A DNA stretch of 64,000 bases, taken from Planktomarina sp. GTDB taxonomy: Bacteria; Pseudomonadota; Alphaproteobacteria; Rhodobacterales; Rhodobacteraceae. Where the stretch lies: the NCBI GenBank assembly GCA_020630015.1, contig JAHDCF010000008.1:18000-81999 (forward strand), given 5' to 3'. Shown piece by piece: positions 1 to 8,507 of this stretch (position 1 is its first letter; each line of letters begins with the position of its first letter). The position numbers and the translations under genes were made by a program. Under the pieces are notes generated by a model. That model did no database searches and was not told the origin of the DNA. It worked only from the letters and a program-made list of their open reading frames with translations.

Positions 1-262
1 GAATATTTTCAATCAGCACTCTGTGATTTGGCGAAACCATTAGATCCTCTGCGGGAAGATTTGATCCCAATGCACCAGCCTTGATCATAACTGGGCGCAA
101 AGATGGATCCGCCTTCAACATATCCGCGGAAATCGACTTGGATCCTGCCCAAGTTATTTCTTGCAAACCATTATCGCGCGTCAGAACTTTGTCACCGATC
201 TTCAGATCTTCGACAAGGCGTTCTCCCTCTTCTGTGGCGATCATCGTTCCTGCGGTAAAGCA
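1..262 (-). other. Hint (Hedgehog/intein-like, Hint_2-type) domain at the C-terminal end of the giant protein (truncated by the window edge)
   Basis: The Cys codon at 260-262 is in frame at about residue 1999. It starts CFTAGTMIATEEGERLVEDLKIGDKVLTRDNGLQEITWAG...PVMIKAGALGSNLPAEDLMVSPNHRVLIENI, which matches the C-F-T-x-G-T ... G-D-x-V-x-T-x-D-x-G ... VSP-x-HR pattern of Rhodobacterales Hint-domain proteins. Confidence 0.8.
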
Positions 263-3200
263 AACGATTTCTTCAATCTCTGTGAACTTGATCTCACCTG
301 TAACATTGCCCTGATCATCAGTCAGTTGGACCGTACCGCTTGTGGAGTTCCCGTCAGCGTCGGTTGTCTGATTGATGATGTTGTAATTCCCGTTCAGGCT
401 GGTCAAATCCAACACATCGTAATCGTCAGCATCGTTTGGCGCTTTGGAACCTGTACCACCATCGACGCAATCACCATCGGTCAGGTTGCTGAAGGTATCG
501 CGGTCATCGCCACCATACATGTCATCGGCACCTTCACCACCGATCAATGTATCGTTGCCTTGCGACCCTTCCATTTTGTCATTGCCAAGACCGCCATAAA
601 GGATATCGGCGTCCATACCGCCGTCCATGGTATCGGATCCGGTTCCACCAAAGATGGTATCTGCATCATCGCCAGTATAAATACTATCATCGCCTGAACC
701 GCCATAAACCAAGTCTAGGTCGTTGTTGGGTTCTGGATCAGTACTGTCGCACAGTTCGGTTTTGTCTGAACATTCACCTGAACTGTCGATGGTATCGTTA
801 CCTTGTTCACCGTGAATTGTGTCACTGCCCCATCCACCAGTGATTTTATCATCATAGGTGTTTGCAGGCGTATTCAGATCAAAATCATCTGTGTTGCCAA
901 AATTGAATTTACCAACACCTTTCGGAGCGAACAGCTGGAACTCATACATCGTTCCTTGCTCAAGCTTGACGGCAATTCCGCTGTCAGGATCGCCATATTG
1001 GCTGTCAGCGTGAACCGCATCAGAGCCAGCTTTCAATTCGCCATTGTTACCCAATCCGTAGTCAACATTCGTTGAACCAGTTACGAAAGCCGCTTCGACA
1101 CCTGACTCGATTTTCAAGATTTCCGGTGAAGATCCAATCGGGCTTGGATCGTCCAAATCACTGAACACAATCACGGGGTTAACCGTAACCGGGTTTCCGT
1201 TGGATGGATCAAAGAACTCAATTTTGAAGTATGCTGAACCACCATTGGTTGTCGCGCTGGTATCCAGAACGATCTCACCTTCAGTGTCCACACCCATATC
1301 GACATCGACACCTGCATTTGCACTGGTCAACATCACGCGGGCCGAAATGCTTACGCCATTGACGACGGCCACATTCGAATAATTCAGAACGCTGGACGAT
1401 CCGCTTGGCACCAAATTCGCGTGATCAAGTACAATCAAATCACAAGCGTCAGCAGGACCGGTATCAACAGGTGCCCCCTGATTGTCACCAAAGATTACGT
1501 CATCGCCAAATCCACCGTCGATGCAATCATCACCCGAAGAACCGACCAAGGTGTCGTCGCCACCTTCGCCGTCAATCACATCATTTCCTTCGCCGCCGGT
1601 CAGGCTGTCGTCGCCGCCAACTGCATCTTCTTCGATCTTGATTGTCAGCGGTTCAACAGATGGTTCATTGAAATTGCCGCTTCCGGATCGAATGATATTG
1701 ATCTCATATTCGCCATTTTGATCGGCATCGACAGGGCTTGACGCATCTGGGATAAACCCATCTGCATATTCCAGTTTCCCTGTGTTTGGATCGATTTGGA
1801 AATATTGGGCGTCATCACCGGTCAGGGAATATGTAACCATTCCCGTGGCTTCCATGTCCGCCTCTGTTTCCGAACGCATCAGTGTTTCACCGTTTACCAC
1901 GGTGGGTGTCATAACGGTGGTAAGTTCACTGATCCCTTGGCTGGCCAATGAGACTGTTTCACCTGCCTCTAACAGGCCATCACCATCGTCAATCCAGATG
2001 GCCAGATCATCAAGTTCCGAGCCGGAGATGACATCATCACCATTGGCATCTTTCAATTGATCCAGTTTATCGTAACCATTGTCATAAGCACCGCCTTGGT
2101 CGCCAAACAACGCCGCGCCTGTTGCAACGCCACCGTTGGCAGCAACTGCAGCCAGATCAATGAGCAAACCATCTTGGTTTGCTTCCATCCATTCAATGCA
2201 TTCCAACACACCGTCGGCATCAATATCGAAATCTACAACTTGTGCGTTTGGATCAAACTGATGGCCCTGCGCCGTGCTGAGGCCAGTGACATCAATTTCA
2301 TTGTTCCAGTTCAGATCAAATGCAATCGGTGAGAATGTGTTATACTGTTGATCGGCGATCATCACTTCTTTGGTTGTGCCATTCACCGAAGTGCCACCAA
2401 TCGAAACGATTTGCATGTCAAAGGCTTCATCACCTTCGACATATGTTTGCCACGCGTTTTGCGTCGCCCCCGGCGCCGTGTATCCACCGTAAACCATCGC
2501 TTCCACGTTTGTTTCGATGGTGAATGAGTTGGAAATGGACTGTCCTGCAGGTACCGTCACCGAAAAGATATTTGAAGTGATCATATTCCCGTTGGAATCC
2601 AGCACCTCGAAATCGTCATCCAACTCGGACAAACCAATTTTTGTGCCAGTTATATCATCAGGCACCCCAGGGAAGTTGGGATTTGCGTACAACGCAGATG
2701 AATTAATTGGTGAATTCGGATCCGCCAAATAGTCATAATGCTGTTGATCACCCACCCACCATTGAATCTCATTTGTTTGCGGTGATGGCAAAGTCAACGA
2801 TTGCAATGGCCCGTTATACAAATATTCATTAAACGTTCCTGTGGCCTGCCCCGCTGTGCCGCCGCTGATCTGAATTTGAACAACCGTGTCTACAAGTACA
2901 GGTTCATCCAGTTGGATCGTGAAGGTACTGTTTTCACCTTCCACCAAATCACATTCACCGATGAATGTTCCATTCGCATCTGTCAAAATGACCTTTTCCG
3001 CAAACCAAACATCTTCGGTGACCATGGTTTTGGTTGTGCCGATATCGATGCAAAAACAGGGTTGATCATCAACCAATGTGATACAGCTGTCTGATGGATC
3101 AAGATCTTGTCCACCATCCCCACTATCGCCAATCAGCGTGTCATCACCGCAACCGCCAAAGGCGTCGTCATTTCCACCTTCGCCCATGATGGAATCGTCA

Positions 3201-6200
3201 CCACCTTGACCAAACATGACATCATCGCCGCTGCCGCCGACCAAAGTGTCGTCACCACCGATGCAAGGGTCTTCAATTTTGATTGAGACCGGTTCCGATG
3301 AACTGGACGGTGGGTTCAAACAGACGCGGTCAACATTGAATTCGTAAACATTGTCGCCGTTTTCATCTGACGGATTATCAAAATCAGGATCAAAACCATC
3401 TTTGTAAGTAACTTTCCCAGTATTGGGATCAATCTCAAAGTATTGAGCGTCAGGTCCTGACAAAGAATAGGTTACGTCCCCAGTCATTTCCGCGTCGACC
3501 ATGGTTTCCGAACGCAACAGCGTTTCACCATTTACAACGGTTGGCGTTGCAACAGAAGAGAGGCTGGTTATCCCATTTTCTGCAAGGGTTTCCAGTTCCC
3601 CAGCTTCCAAAATGGCGTCGCCATCATCGACCCAGATCGCAAGATCATCCAGTTCGCTGCCGGTGATTTGATCATCATTGTTGGCATCGCGAAGTTGATC
3701 CAACTTCACATAACCGTTTTGATACAGCCCACCTTGGTCACCAAAAAGGGCATTTCCATCAATTGCATTTCCTGGGCCAATCAGGCTGGTATCAACCAAC
3801 ATGCCGTCCCCATTGCCCAGCAGCCATTCAATGTTTTCTGCCGTGCCGTCCCCATCAATATCAAACGAAACCGTGTCGCCACCATTGTAGGCGTGATTGT
3901 AAGCAGTGCTTGTGCCCGTCACTTCAATTTCGCCACTGCCATTCAAATCAAATGCGATGGGTGAATAGGTGTTGTTCGGTTGGTCAAGAATATCGACGTC
4001 TTTGACGGGCCCACCAACAGATTGTCCACCGATTTCAGTGACTTGCAATGTGAACGTTTCATCGCCTTCAAGTGGTGCACCACCAAAAGTCTGATTGTTC
4101 CCATTGATGGAGGTTTCCCTTAGACCTTCAACACTGAAGCTTTGCGAGGTATCTGATCCAGCGGGAACAAAAACTTGAAAGCTTTGGCCCGTAACTTCCG
4201 CGCCCAATGTGTTGAAGACACGGAAGTCATTCACAAGTTCATCTGTTCCCACATATGTATCTGTGTTCACATTGCCTTGGGCATCTGGTCCTACGGACAA
4301 AAGGTTATTGTTAATCCCGCTGTACCAAGTTTGGTTTTGTGCCCAGCTAAAATGGCTTTGATTTTGCCACCAGTATTGTGTCACGCCACCACCTGAGTAG
4401 GCGTTCGGCCCAAACTCATTCGGATCAACCGCCTGTTTCGCAGTACCGTCCGTAATTGTGACTGTAATCCAAGTATCCTGTGTAACCGGTGCGTCGAGTT
4501 TTACATTGAAGGTATTTTCTTGACCTTCTTCTACCGTGCAATCCCCAATAATTTCGCCGTTAGAGCCCGTGACAACCACACCCTCAGTTGCGAACCAAAC
4601 ATCTTCGGTAACCATTGCTTTTTCGGTATCGAAGTCGAGGCAAAGTTCACCTTCTTCATTGATACAATATTGGCCCGATCCCGCTGGGCCCATTTCCACA
4701 GCATTTCCATTGTCGCCATAAAGGGTATCAGCCCCTTGTTGCCCTAGAACTACATCATCACCAGCATTGCCTTGGGCCCAATCGTCACCTTCGCCAGCAT
4801 AAACTTCATCATCTTCGTTGCCCGCGGTGATCGTGTCATTGCCACCATATGCCTCAATGACATCCATATCATTGGTGTCACCCGGCAAAATCGCATCACC
4901 CGCATCCACGCTGTCGCCGTGTGGATCGTCTTGATAGGATTGGTCAATCACATCTCCTGTCGCGGTACCATTAACGACACCGTCCAGACCAGAATTGTTA
5001 TTCAGTCCAACAACTGTTTGGATATTGGTATACGTCAGGGTTTGACCGTTACTGTAGGTAATTACACCACTGTGACCATCAGCACCTTCTTCAACTTTCA
5101 CCACTTCTTCTGGGTTGCTGACAATCAAAGTGTTATTTGGTGTTTCCGTATCGCCTTTGATTTCGGCCCCACCATCGACATAGTCGCCAGCGCCGGCCAC
5201 AATTATGTCGTCGCCTGCTCCTGCATTAACTTTGTCGCCTTCATTGACACCCAAGCCAAAACCATTGTCGACATAGATTGTATCTTCGCCGGAACCACCA
5301 AGTACCGCGTCGGATCCTGTACCACCAGTGATACCGTCATTGCCGGAACCACCATTTAAGTTATCAGAACCCGCACCGCCGAAAATCAAGTCATCGCCGA
5401 TACCACCATAAACCGTGTCATTGCCATCGGCGGCTTCGACGGTATCGTTACCTGCATTGGCAAAAATAGTATTGGATGCATCGGTAATCGCATCACCCTG
5501 CGCATCCAAAAAGCCAAGGGTCATTTTTTCACCGTCGACACTTCCGTCAACCGCGCCCTCTTTGATGGGGTTATCCTCAACGCTCACCGGCTGATAGGTT
5601 GTCGTCACAGTTTTGATATCTGACGACAAAACACCAGTACCGGAGTTTGTTCCAACCTGTTCTACTGCTTTGACCTCTTGCACACCCGAAAGCGACGAAA
5701 CATCCGAAATTGCTTGCTGAGACAGAAGACCCGTCTCTAGGTTTTGAATGGAAAGAGTGCCATTTCCAGAACTGTCATATGTGATGTGGGTGACGAATTG
5801 ATCTGCGTCACTCACAAATCCAGCTTCAGTCGTGTAAATTGTATTGGTTGTACCTGTTGGTACAGAAACCTGAACTGCCCCAGAGGCCATAACAAGAATT
5901 GTTGAAGCATCAGCCGATGAATTACTTTCGATAAGAGCGACTGTTTCGCTTTCAGATAACACTGTGGGTGCCAAAGCATTGATTGTGATCGTTTCACCGC
6001 GGCTTAAGGTGTCACCCCCACCGATGGTGTCATTACCCAAAACGGTGTCATCACCTTTCACCGTATCGCCGATACTAACCGTGTCGCCAATACTTATACC
6101 ATCGAACACATTAACTTGGTCTGATTTGGTAGGCGAAGTGGTCACTTCGGTTTCAACGGTTCGCGTCGCATCAGCGGTTAAAGCATCTGCGCTCAAATTT

Positions 6201-6256
6201 GACCGTTCATCAGTGGTCGTTGATCTCGCGTCCAATTTCGTCGGCAACTTCGCCAT
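1..6256 (-). CDS. Giant RTX / cadherin-like repeat protein with C-terminal Hint domain (partial; 3' end runs off the window, about 2085 codons present)
   Basis: The minus-strand frame is open from the ATG at 6256 (GGAAG a few nt upstream) to position 2, with no stop. Manual translation shows GGxGxD nonapeptide blocks (e.g. GNDTVYGGIGDDLIFGGAGSDNLNGGSGNDGITGGTGSD at ~5340-5460), cadherin-like YSLSGPDAQYFEIDPNTGKV motifs, EF-hand-like DANNDDQITGSELDD loops and a terminal Hint module. The ORF track omits it because no stop lies in the window. An upstream in-frame GTG start cannot be excluded. Confidence 0.85.
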   Translation of the reverse strand, partial: MAKLPTKLDARSTTTDERSNLSADALTADATRTVETEVTTSPTKSDQVNVFDGISIGDTVSIGDTVKGDDTVLGNDTIGGGDTLSRGETITINALAPTVLSESETVALIESNSSADASTILVMASGAVQVSVPTGTTNTIYTTEAGFVSDADQFVTHITYDSSGNGTLSIQNLETGLLSQQAISDVSSLSGVQEVKAVEQVGTNSGTGVLSSDIKTVTTTYQPVSVEDNPIKEGAVDGSVDGEKMTLGFLDAQGDAITDASNTIFANAGNDTVEAADGNDTVYGGIGDDLIFGGAGSDNLNGGSGNDGITGGTGSDAVLGGSGEDTIYVDNGFGLGVNEGDKVNAGAGDDIIVAGAGDYVDGGAEIKGDTETPNNTLIVSNPEEVVKVEEGADGHSGVITYSNGQTLTYTNIQTVVGLNNNSGLDGVVNGTATGDVIDQSYQDDPHGDSVDAGDAILPGDTNDMDVIEAYGGNDTITAGNEDDEVYAGEGDDWAQGNAGDDVVLGQQGADTLYGDNGNAVEMGPAGSGQYCINEEGELCLDFDTEKAMVTEDVWFATEGVVVTGSNGEIIGDCTVEEGQENTFNVKLDAPVTQDTWITVTITDGTAKQAVDPNEFGPNAYSGGGVTQYWWQNQSHFSWAQNQTWYSGINNNLLSVGPDAQGNVNTDTYVGTDELVNDFRVFNTLGAEVTGQSFQVFVPAGSDTSQSFSVEGLRETSINGNNQTFGGAPLEGDETFTLQVTEIGGQSVGGPVKDVDILDQPNNTYSPIAFDLNGSGEIEVTGTSTAYNHAYNGGDTVSFDIDGDGTAENIEWLLGNGDGMLVDTSLIGPGNAIDGNALFGDQGGLYQNGYVKLDQLRDANNDDQITGSELDDLAIWVDDGDAILEAGELETLAENGITSLSSVATPTVVNGETLLRSETMVDAEMTGDVTYSLSGPDAQYFEIDPNTGKVTYKDGFDPDFDNPSDENGDNVYEFNVDRVCLNPPSSSSEPVSIKIEDPCIGGDDTLVGGSGDDVMFGQGGDDSIMGEGGNDDAFGGCGDDTLIGDSGDGGQDLDPSDSCITLVDDQPCFCIDIGTTKTMVTEDVWFAEKVILTDANGTFIGECDLVEGENSTFTIQLDEPVLVDTVVQIQISGGTAGQATGTFNEYLYNGPLQSLTLPSPQTNEIQWWVGDQQHYDYLADPNSPINSSALYANPNFPGVPDDITGTKIGLSELDDDFEVLDSNGNMITSNIFSVTVPAGQSISNSFTIETNVEAMVYGGYTAPGATQNAWQTYVEGDEAFDMQIVSIGGTSVNGTTKEVMIADQQYNTFSPIAFDLNWNNEIDVTGLSTAQGHQFDPNAQVVDFDIDADGVLECIEWMEANQDGLLIDLAAVAANGGVATGAALFGDQGGAYDNGYDKLDQLKDANGDDVISGSELDDLAIWIDDGDGLLEAGETVSLASQGISELTTVMTPTVVNGETLMRSETEADMEATGMVTYSLTGDDAQYFQIDPNTGKLEYADGFIPDASSPVDADQNGEYEINIIRSGSGNFNEPSVEPLTIKIEEDAVGGDDSLTGGEGNDVIDGEGGDDTLVGSSGDDCIDGGFGDDVIFGDNQGAPVDTGPADACDLIVLDHANLVPSGSSSVLNYSNVAVVNGVSISARVMLTSANAGVDVDMGVDTEGEIVLDTSATTNGGSAYFKIEFFDPSNGNPVTVNPVIVFSDLDDPSPIGSSPEILKIESGVEAAFVTGSTNVDYGLGNNGELKAGSDAVHADSQYGDPDSGIAVKLEQGTMYEFQLFAPKGVGKFNFGNTDDFDLNTPANTYDDKITGGWGSDTIHGEQGNDTIDSSGECSDKTELCDSTDPEPNNDLDLVYGGSGDDSIYTGDDADTIFGGTGSDTMDGGMDADILYGGLGNDKMEGSQGNDTLIGGEGADDMYGGDDRDTFSNLTDGDCVDGGTGSKAPNDADDYDVLDLTSLNGNYNIINQTTDADGNSTSGTVQLTDDQGNVTGEIKFTEIEEIVCFTAGTMIATEEGERLVEDLKIGDKVLTRDNGLQEITWAGSKSISADMLKADPSLRPVMIKAGALGSNLPAEDLMVSPNHRVLIENI
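1470..3100 (-). repeat. Internal ~1.6 kb module, copy 2, of the giant gene
   Basis: Same anchors as copy 1, offset by 1590-1638 bp. The copies have diverged, so this is not a recent duplication. Boundaries are approximate. Confidence 0.75.
3110..4680 (-). repeat. Internal ~1.6 kb module, copy 1, of the giant gene (beta-sandwich MVTEDVWFA segment, SPIAFDLNG segment, EF-hand-like loop, cadherin-like segment, RTX block)
   Basis: DNA and protein paralogy with 1470-3100. Examples: gcgaaccaaacatcttcggtaaccat at 4591 versus gcaaaccaaacatcttcggtgaccat at 3001, and gtttccgaacgcaacagcgtttcaccatttacaacgg at 3504 versus gtttccgaacgcatcagtgtttcaccgtttaccacgg at 1866. Boundaries are approximate. Confidence 0.75.
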
Positions 6257-6857
6257 TTTAGCTTCCACTCTCTTCGTGGACGCAACATGCGAACTCTTTG
6301 GTGCGGGCAGCCAAAAATGGACGTCCGGCAGCAGAAGTTAACTTGAGGCCGCAGCGGCCCCATGCGCATGGCGTCCGTTTGACACCTACGCCGAACTCCC
6401 TCCCCCATGAGAGATCGCACTCTTTAAAAACCAAGAGAACATTTCGACAATTTGGCGAATAGCTAACTTCGTGAAAAATCCAAAGCAGGTTTGTGAAAGG
6501 GTTGTATTTCGCTCGATTTCAGCGTCACTATCCGGCTTGGGATAACGGGCCTCTTTCAACTTTTAGGTGCAAAATCACTTTTTTTGCCCGCTAATAATTC
6601 GCTTTTGACGCCAGTTGGTCGCATAAGCGCTAAAGCAACGTGGCAATTTTCCACCTCTGATTGTCGCAAAAATTTGCCGATTTAGCACCACACTTTTGGC
6701 GTACTAATCCCAATCCAAACATCTTAAAATTGCATTCACGGAATCGGACCAGAAAGCTGTTCTCAATCACCTTTAACTTTTGCAAAAAATGTACACTTCA
6801 GACCGATGATTGTCCAAAGGCAGGAACACTCGTTGTGCAGCTCTATCCTGTTATGAT
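6257..6857 (-). promoter_or_regulatory. 600-bp non-coding spacer: promoter and long 5' leader of the giant gene, downstream of the GGDEF gene stop
   Basis: I see no convincing ORF here. The region looks mostly AT-rich by eye, with one GC-rich palindrome-dense patch at ~6300-6400 (ggacgtcc, ggccgcagcggcc, atgcgcat, ggcgt...acgcc). Confidence 0.4.
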
Positions 6858-7847
6858 CTAGCTTGCTTTTAACAATTGGTCAGAAAAAAACATGTGACGG
6901 CCGCGACCAGAATTCTTGGAAGCGTATAGCGCTATATCAGCATCAGAAAGGATTTCATCCGCATTCGGGTTGTCATAGTGAATTGAAAGAGAAGTTCCCG
7001 CGCTGCCTGAAATTTTGCAAATCTGCCCATCATAACGTACTGGCACTTCAAGTTTGGAAATTATTCGCGAAGCGATCTTATCAAGAATCTCTTCTTCAAT
7101 CAGATCAGGGAAAAGCAAAACAAACTCATCACCGCCTACCCTTGCGACACTATCACCGCGTCGAACTTCGCTGCGCAGAATTTCAGCCACATTCGTCAAA
7201 ATATAATCGCCGGCGGCATGTCCATGGGTGTCATTCACGGCTTTAAAGTAATCAAGATCCAGATGCATGCAGGCAAAACTTTTGCCTTCAAGTATTAAGC
7301 CCTCCAAAACGCTGTTCATGGCACGGCGATTGTACAATCCTGTCAAAGCATCCGAATTCGCTTGCTTTTCCGCTTCTATGCGTGCGTTCCGCAATGTCTT
7401 TGTAAGTTTGCTGCCTTCGGTCTGCGCCGCTGCATTCGCTTCGATCAAATAGAGCATTTCGATTGCAAGATCCGTGCCTGCAAATTCGGCATTGGTAAGC
7501 TTGTATGTTTGAACAGCATCAAGAAGATCAATGCCGAATGACAAATTAATGATCGTGTGAAAGGCCCCCTTGGCACAAATACCCTTAAACCGTGTGTGTG
7601 GTGCATCGTTGAACCGAATGTGCAGTTTACGTCCCGCCATCCCTTCAAGCTGTTGAACGGTTTCAACACCTTTGGGACGATCAATTCGAAACACCTCTGA
7701 AAATAGCTTTCCCTCCCAATCTAAAACCCGCAATTTTGCCAAGGTTGGGCCAACATGAACAATTTGACCATCGGCATCGATTTGAACGTGCATGGGACAA
7801 AGCGTGTCAAAGCAATTGTATTTGATTGCATCTTCGTCTGTCATCAC
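6858..7847 (-). CDS. Diguanylate cyclase (GGDEF) with an N-terminal PAS-like/HNOBA-like partner domain
   Basis: Contains LTGLYNRR, DLDYFKAVNDTHGH and an intact GGDEF. An RRGD I-site lies 5 residues upstream of GGDEF. The start ATG overlaps the stop of the upstream H-NOX-like gene (ATGA, 7844-7847). Confidence 0.9.
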   Translation of the reverse strand: MMTDEDAIKYNCFDTLCPMHVQIDADGQIVHVGPTLAKLRVLDWEGKLFSEVFRIDRPKGVETVQQLEGMAGRKLHIRFNDAPHTRFKGICAKGAFHTIINLSFGIDLLDAVQTYKLTNAEFAGTDLAIEMLYLIEANAAAQTEGSKLTKTLRNARIEAEKQANSDALTGLYNRRAMNSVLEGLILEGKSFACMHLDLDYFKAVNDTHGHAAGDYILTNVAEILRSEVRRGDSVARVGGDEFVLLFPDLIEEEILDKIASRIISKLEVPVRYDGQICKISGSAGTSLSIHYDNPNADEILSDADIALYASKNSGRGRHMFFSDQLLKAS

Positions 7848-8425
7848 GCGGCCCCCACCAAAGAAAAGCCCCGACCGACATCAAATCCAAAATCAAAAAT
7901 TTGGACTGAGAGGGTGTCACCTTCGTCATTGCGTTCAACATGGTTGATTTTGGCCAACACACCATAATCATCGGCCAAAGCAATCAACACCCCCATTAAT
8001 ACAAAAGCAAAACCTTTCATCTGAGGGCCGACGTGAATGGAATAGGAATCCACACTCGTTTCGTGAACTTCGATTGAGGGGGCTTCAAGCGTTGGAACGG
8101 TCAATTTAATCCGCCCCAGAAGATCGTCCAAAGAAGATAAAAATTCTGGATAATCAATCCCGCCAAATCGCATCAACCGCCGCAGGCCCGGCGTGTGTTC
8201 CGAAGTCATAAGGAAGATGCCAAAATCCTCCAATATTTCCTTTTTTGGACGATCCAGTTCCTTCGCAGCGCCGAACAACAATGCCGTCGTCACCTTATCA
8301 TCAATGATGGCAAGCGTATCAACTTCGCGATATTGTCCTGCCGATGCACACAGCGAAAGCCATAATGCCTGACCAAAGCTGTGCGTGATAAAGCATTCCA
8401 AACCTTTATGAACCAGTCCGTGCAT
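7844..8425 (-). CDS. H-NOX (heme NO/O2-binding) fold sensor protein, atypical
   Basis: The N-terminus MHGLVHKGLECFITHSFGQALW matches the H-NOX signature M-x-G-x-V-x-x-A/G-L-x-x-x-V. The length (193 aa) and the ..DYPEFLSSLDDLLGRIKLTVPTLEAPS.. helix-F region also fit. I moved the start to the ATG at 8425 (AAAAGGGG RBS) from the track's 8464. Confidence 0.8.
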   Translation of the reverse strand: MHGLVHKGLECFITHSFGQALWLSLCASAGQYREVDTLAIIDDKVTTALLFGAAKELDRPKKEILEDFGIFLMTSEHTPGLRRLMRFGGIDYPEFLSSLDDLLGRIKLTVPTLEAPSIEVHETSVDSYSIHVGPQMKGFAFVLMGVLIALADDYGVLAKINHVERNDEGDTLSVQIFDFGFDVGRGFSLVGAA

Positions 8426-8507
8426 GGGCACCCCTTTTGCTTGGACGTCCAAACTGCACAACAAATCTTAAACAACTGCGAATAAATAAAATTCAGTGAA
8501 AGACTGA

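Noticed and set aside
81-6341. Dozens of 60-195-aa plus-strand ORFs, and three minus-strand ORFs (4531-4719, 4750-4947, 5812-5997), listed in the track across the first 6.3 kb.
   Set aside because: They are antisense or out-of-frame shadows of the giant Gly/Asp/Thr-rich repeat gene. Their translations are low-complexity (Ser/Pro/Arg/His-rich) with no recognisable motifs, whereas the long minus-strand frame gives coherent RTX/cadherin/Hint sequence.
6193-6420. A 75-aa minus-strand ORF overlapping the giant gene start, and a possible c-di-GMP riboswitch in the GC-rich patch of the leader.
   Set aside because: The ORF is Arg/Cys-rich, out of frame with the giant gene and has no RBS. The patch has only a faint resemblance (CAAAC..GGACGC) to GEMM-I conserved cores. 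I cannot support a riboswitch call without a covariance-model search.
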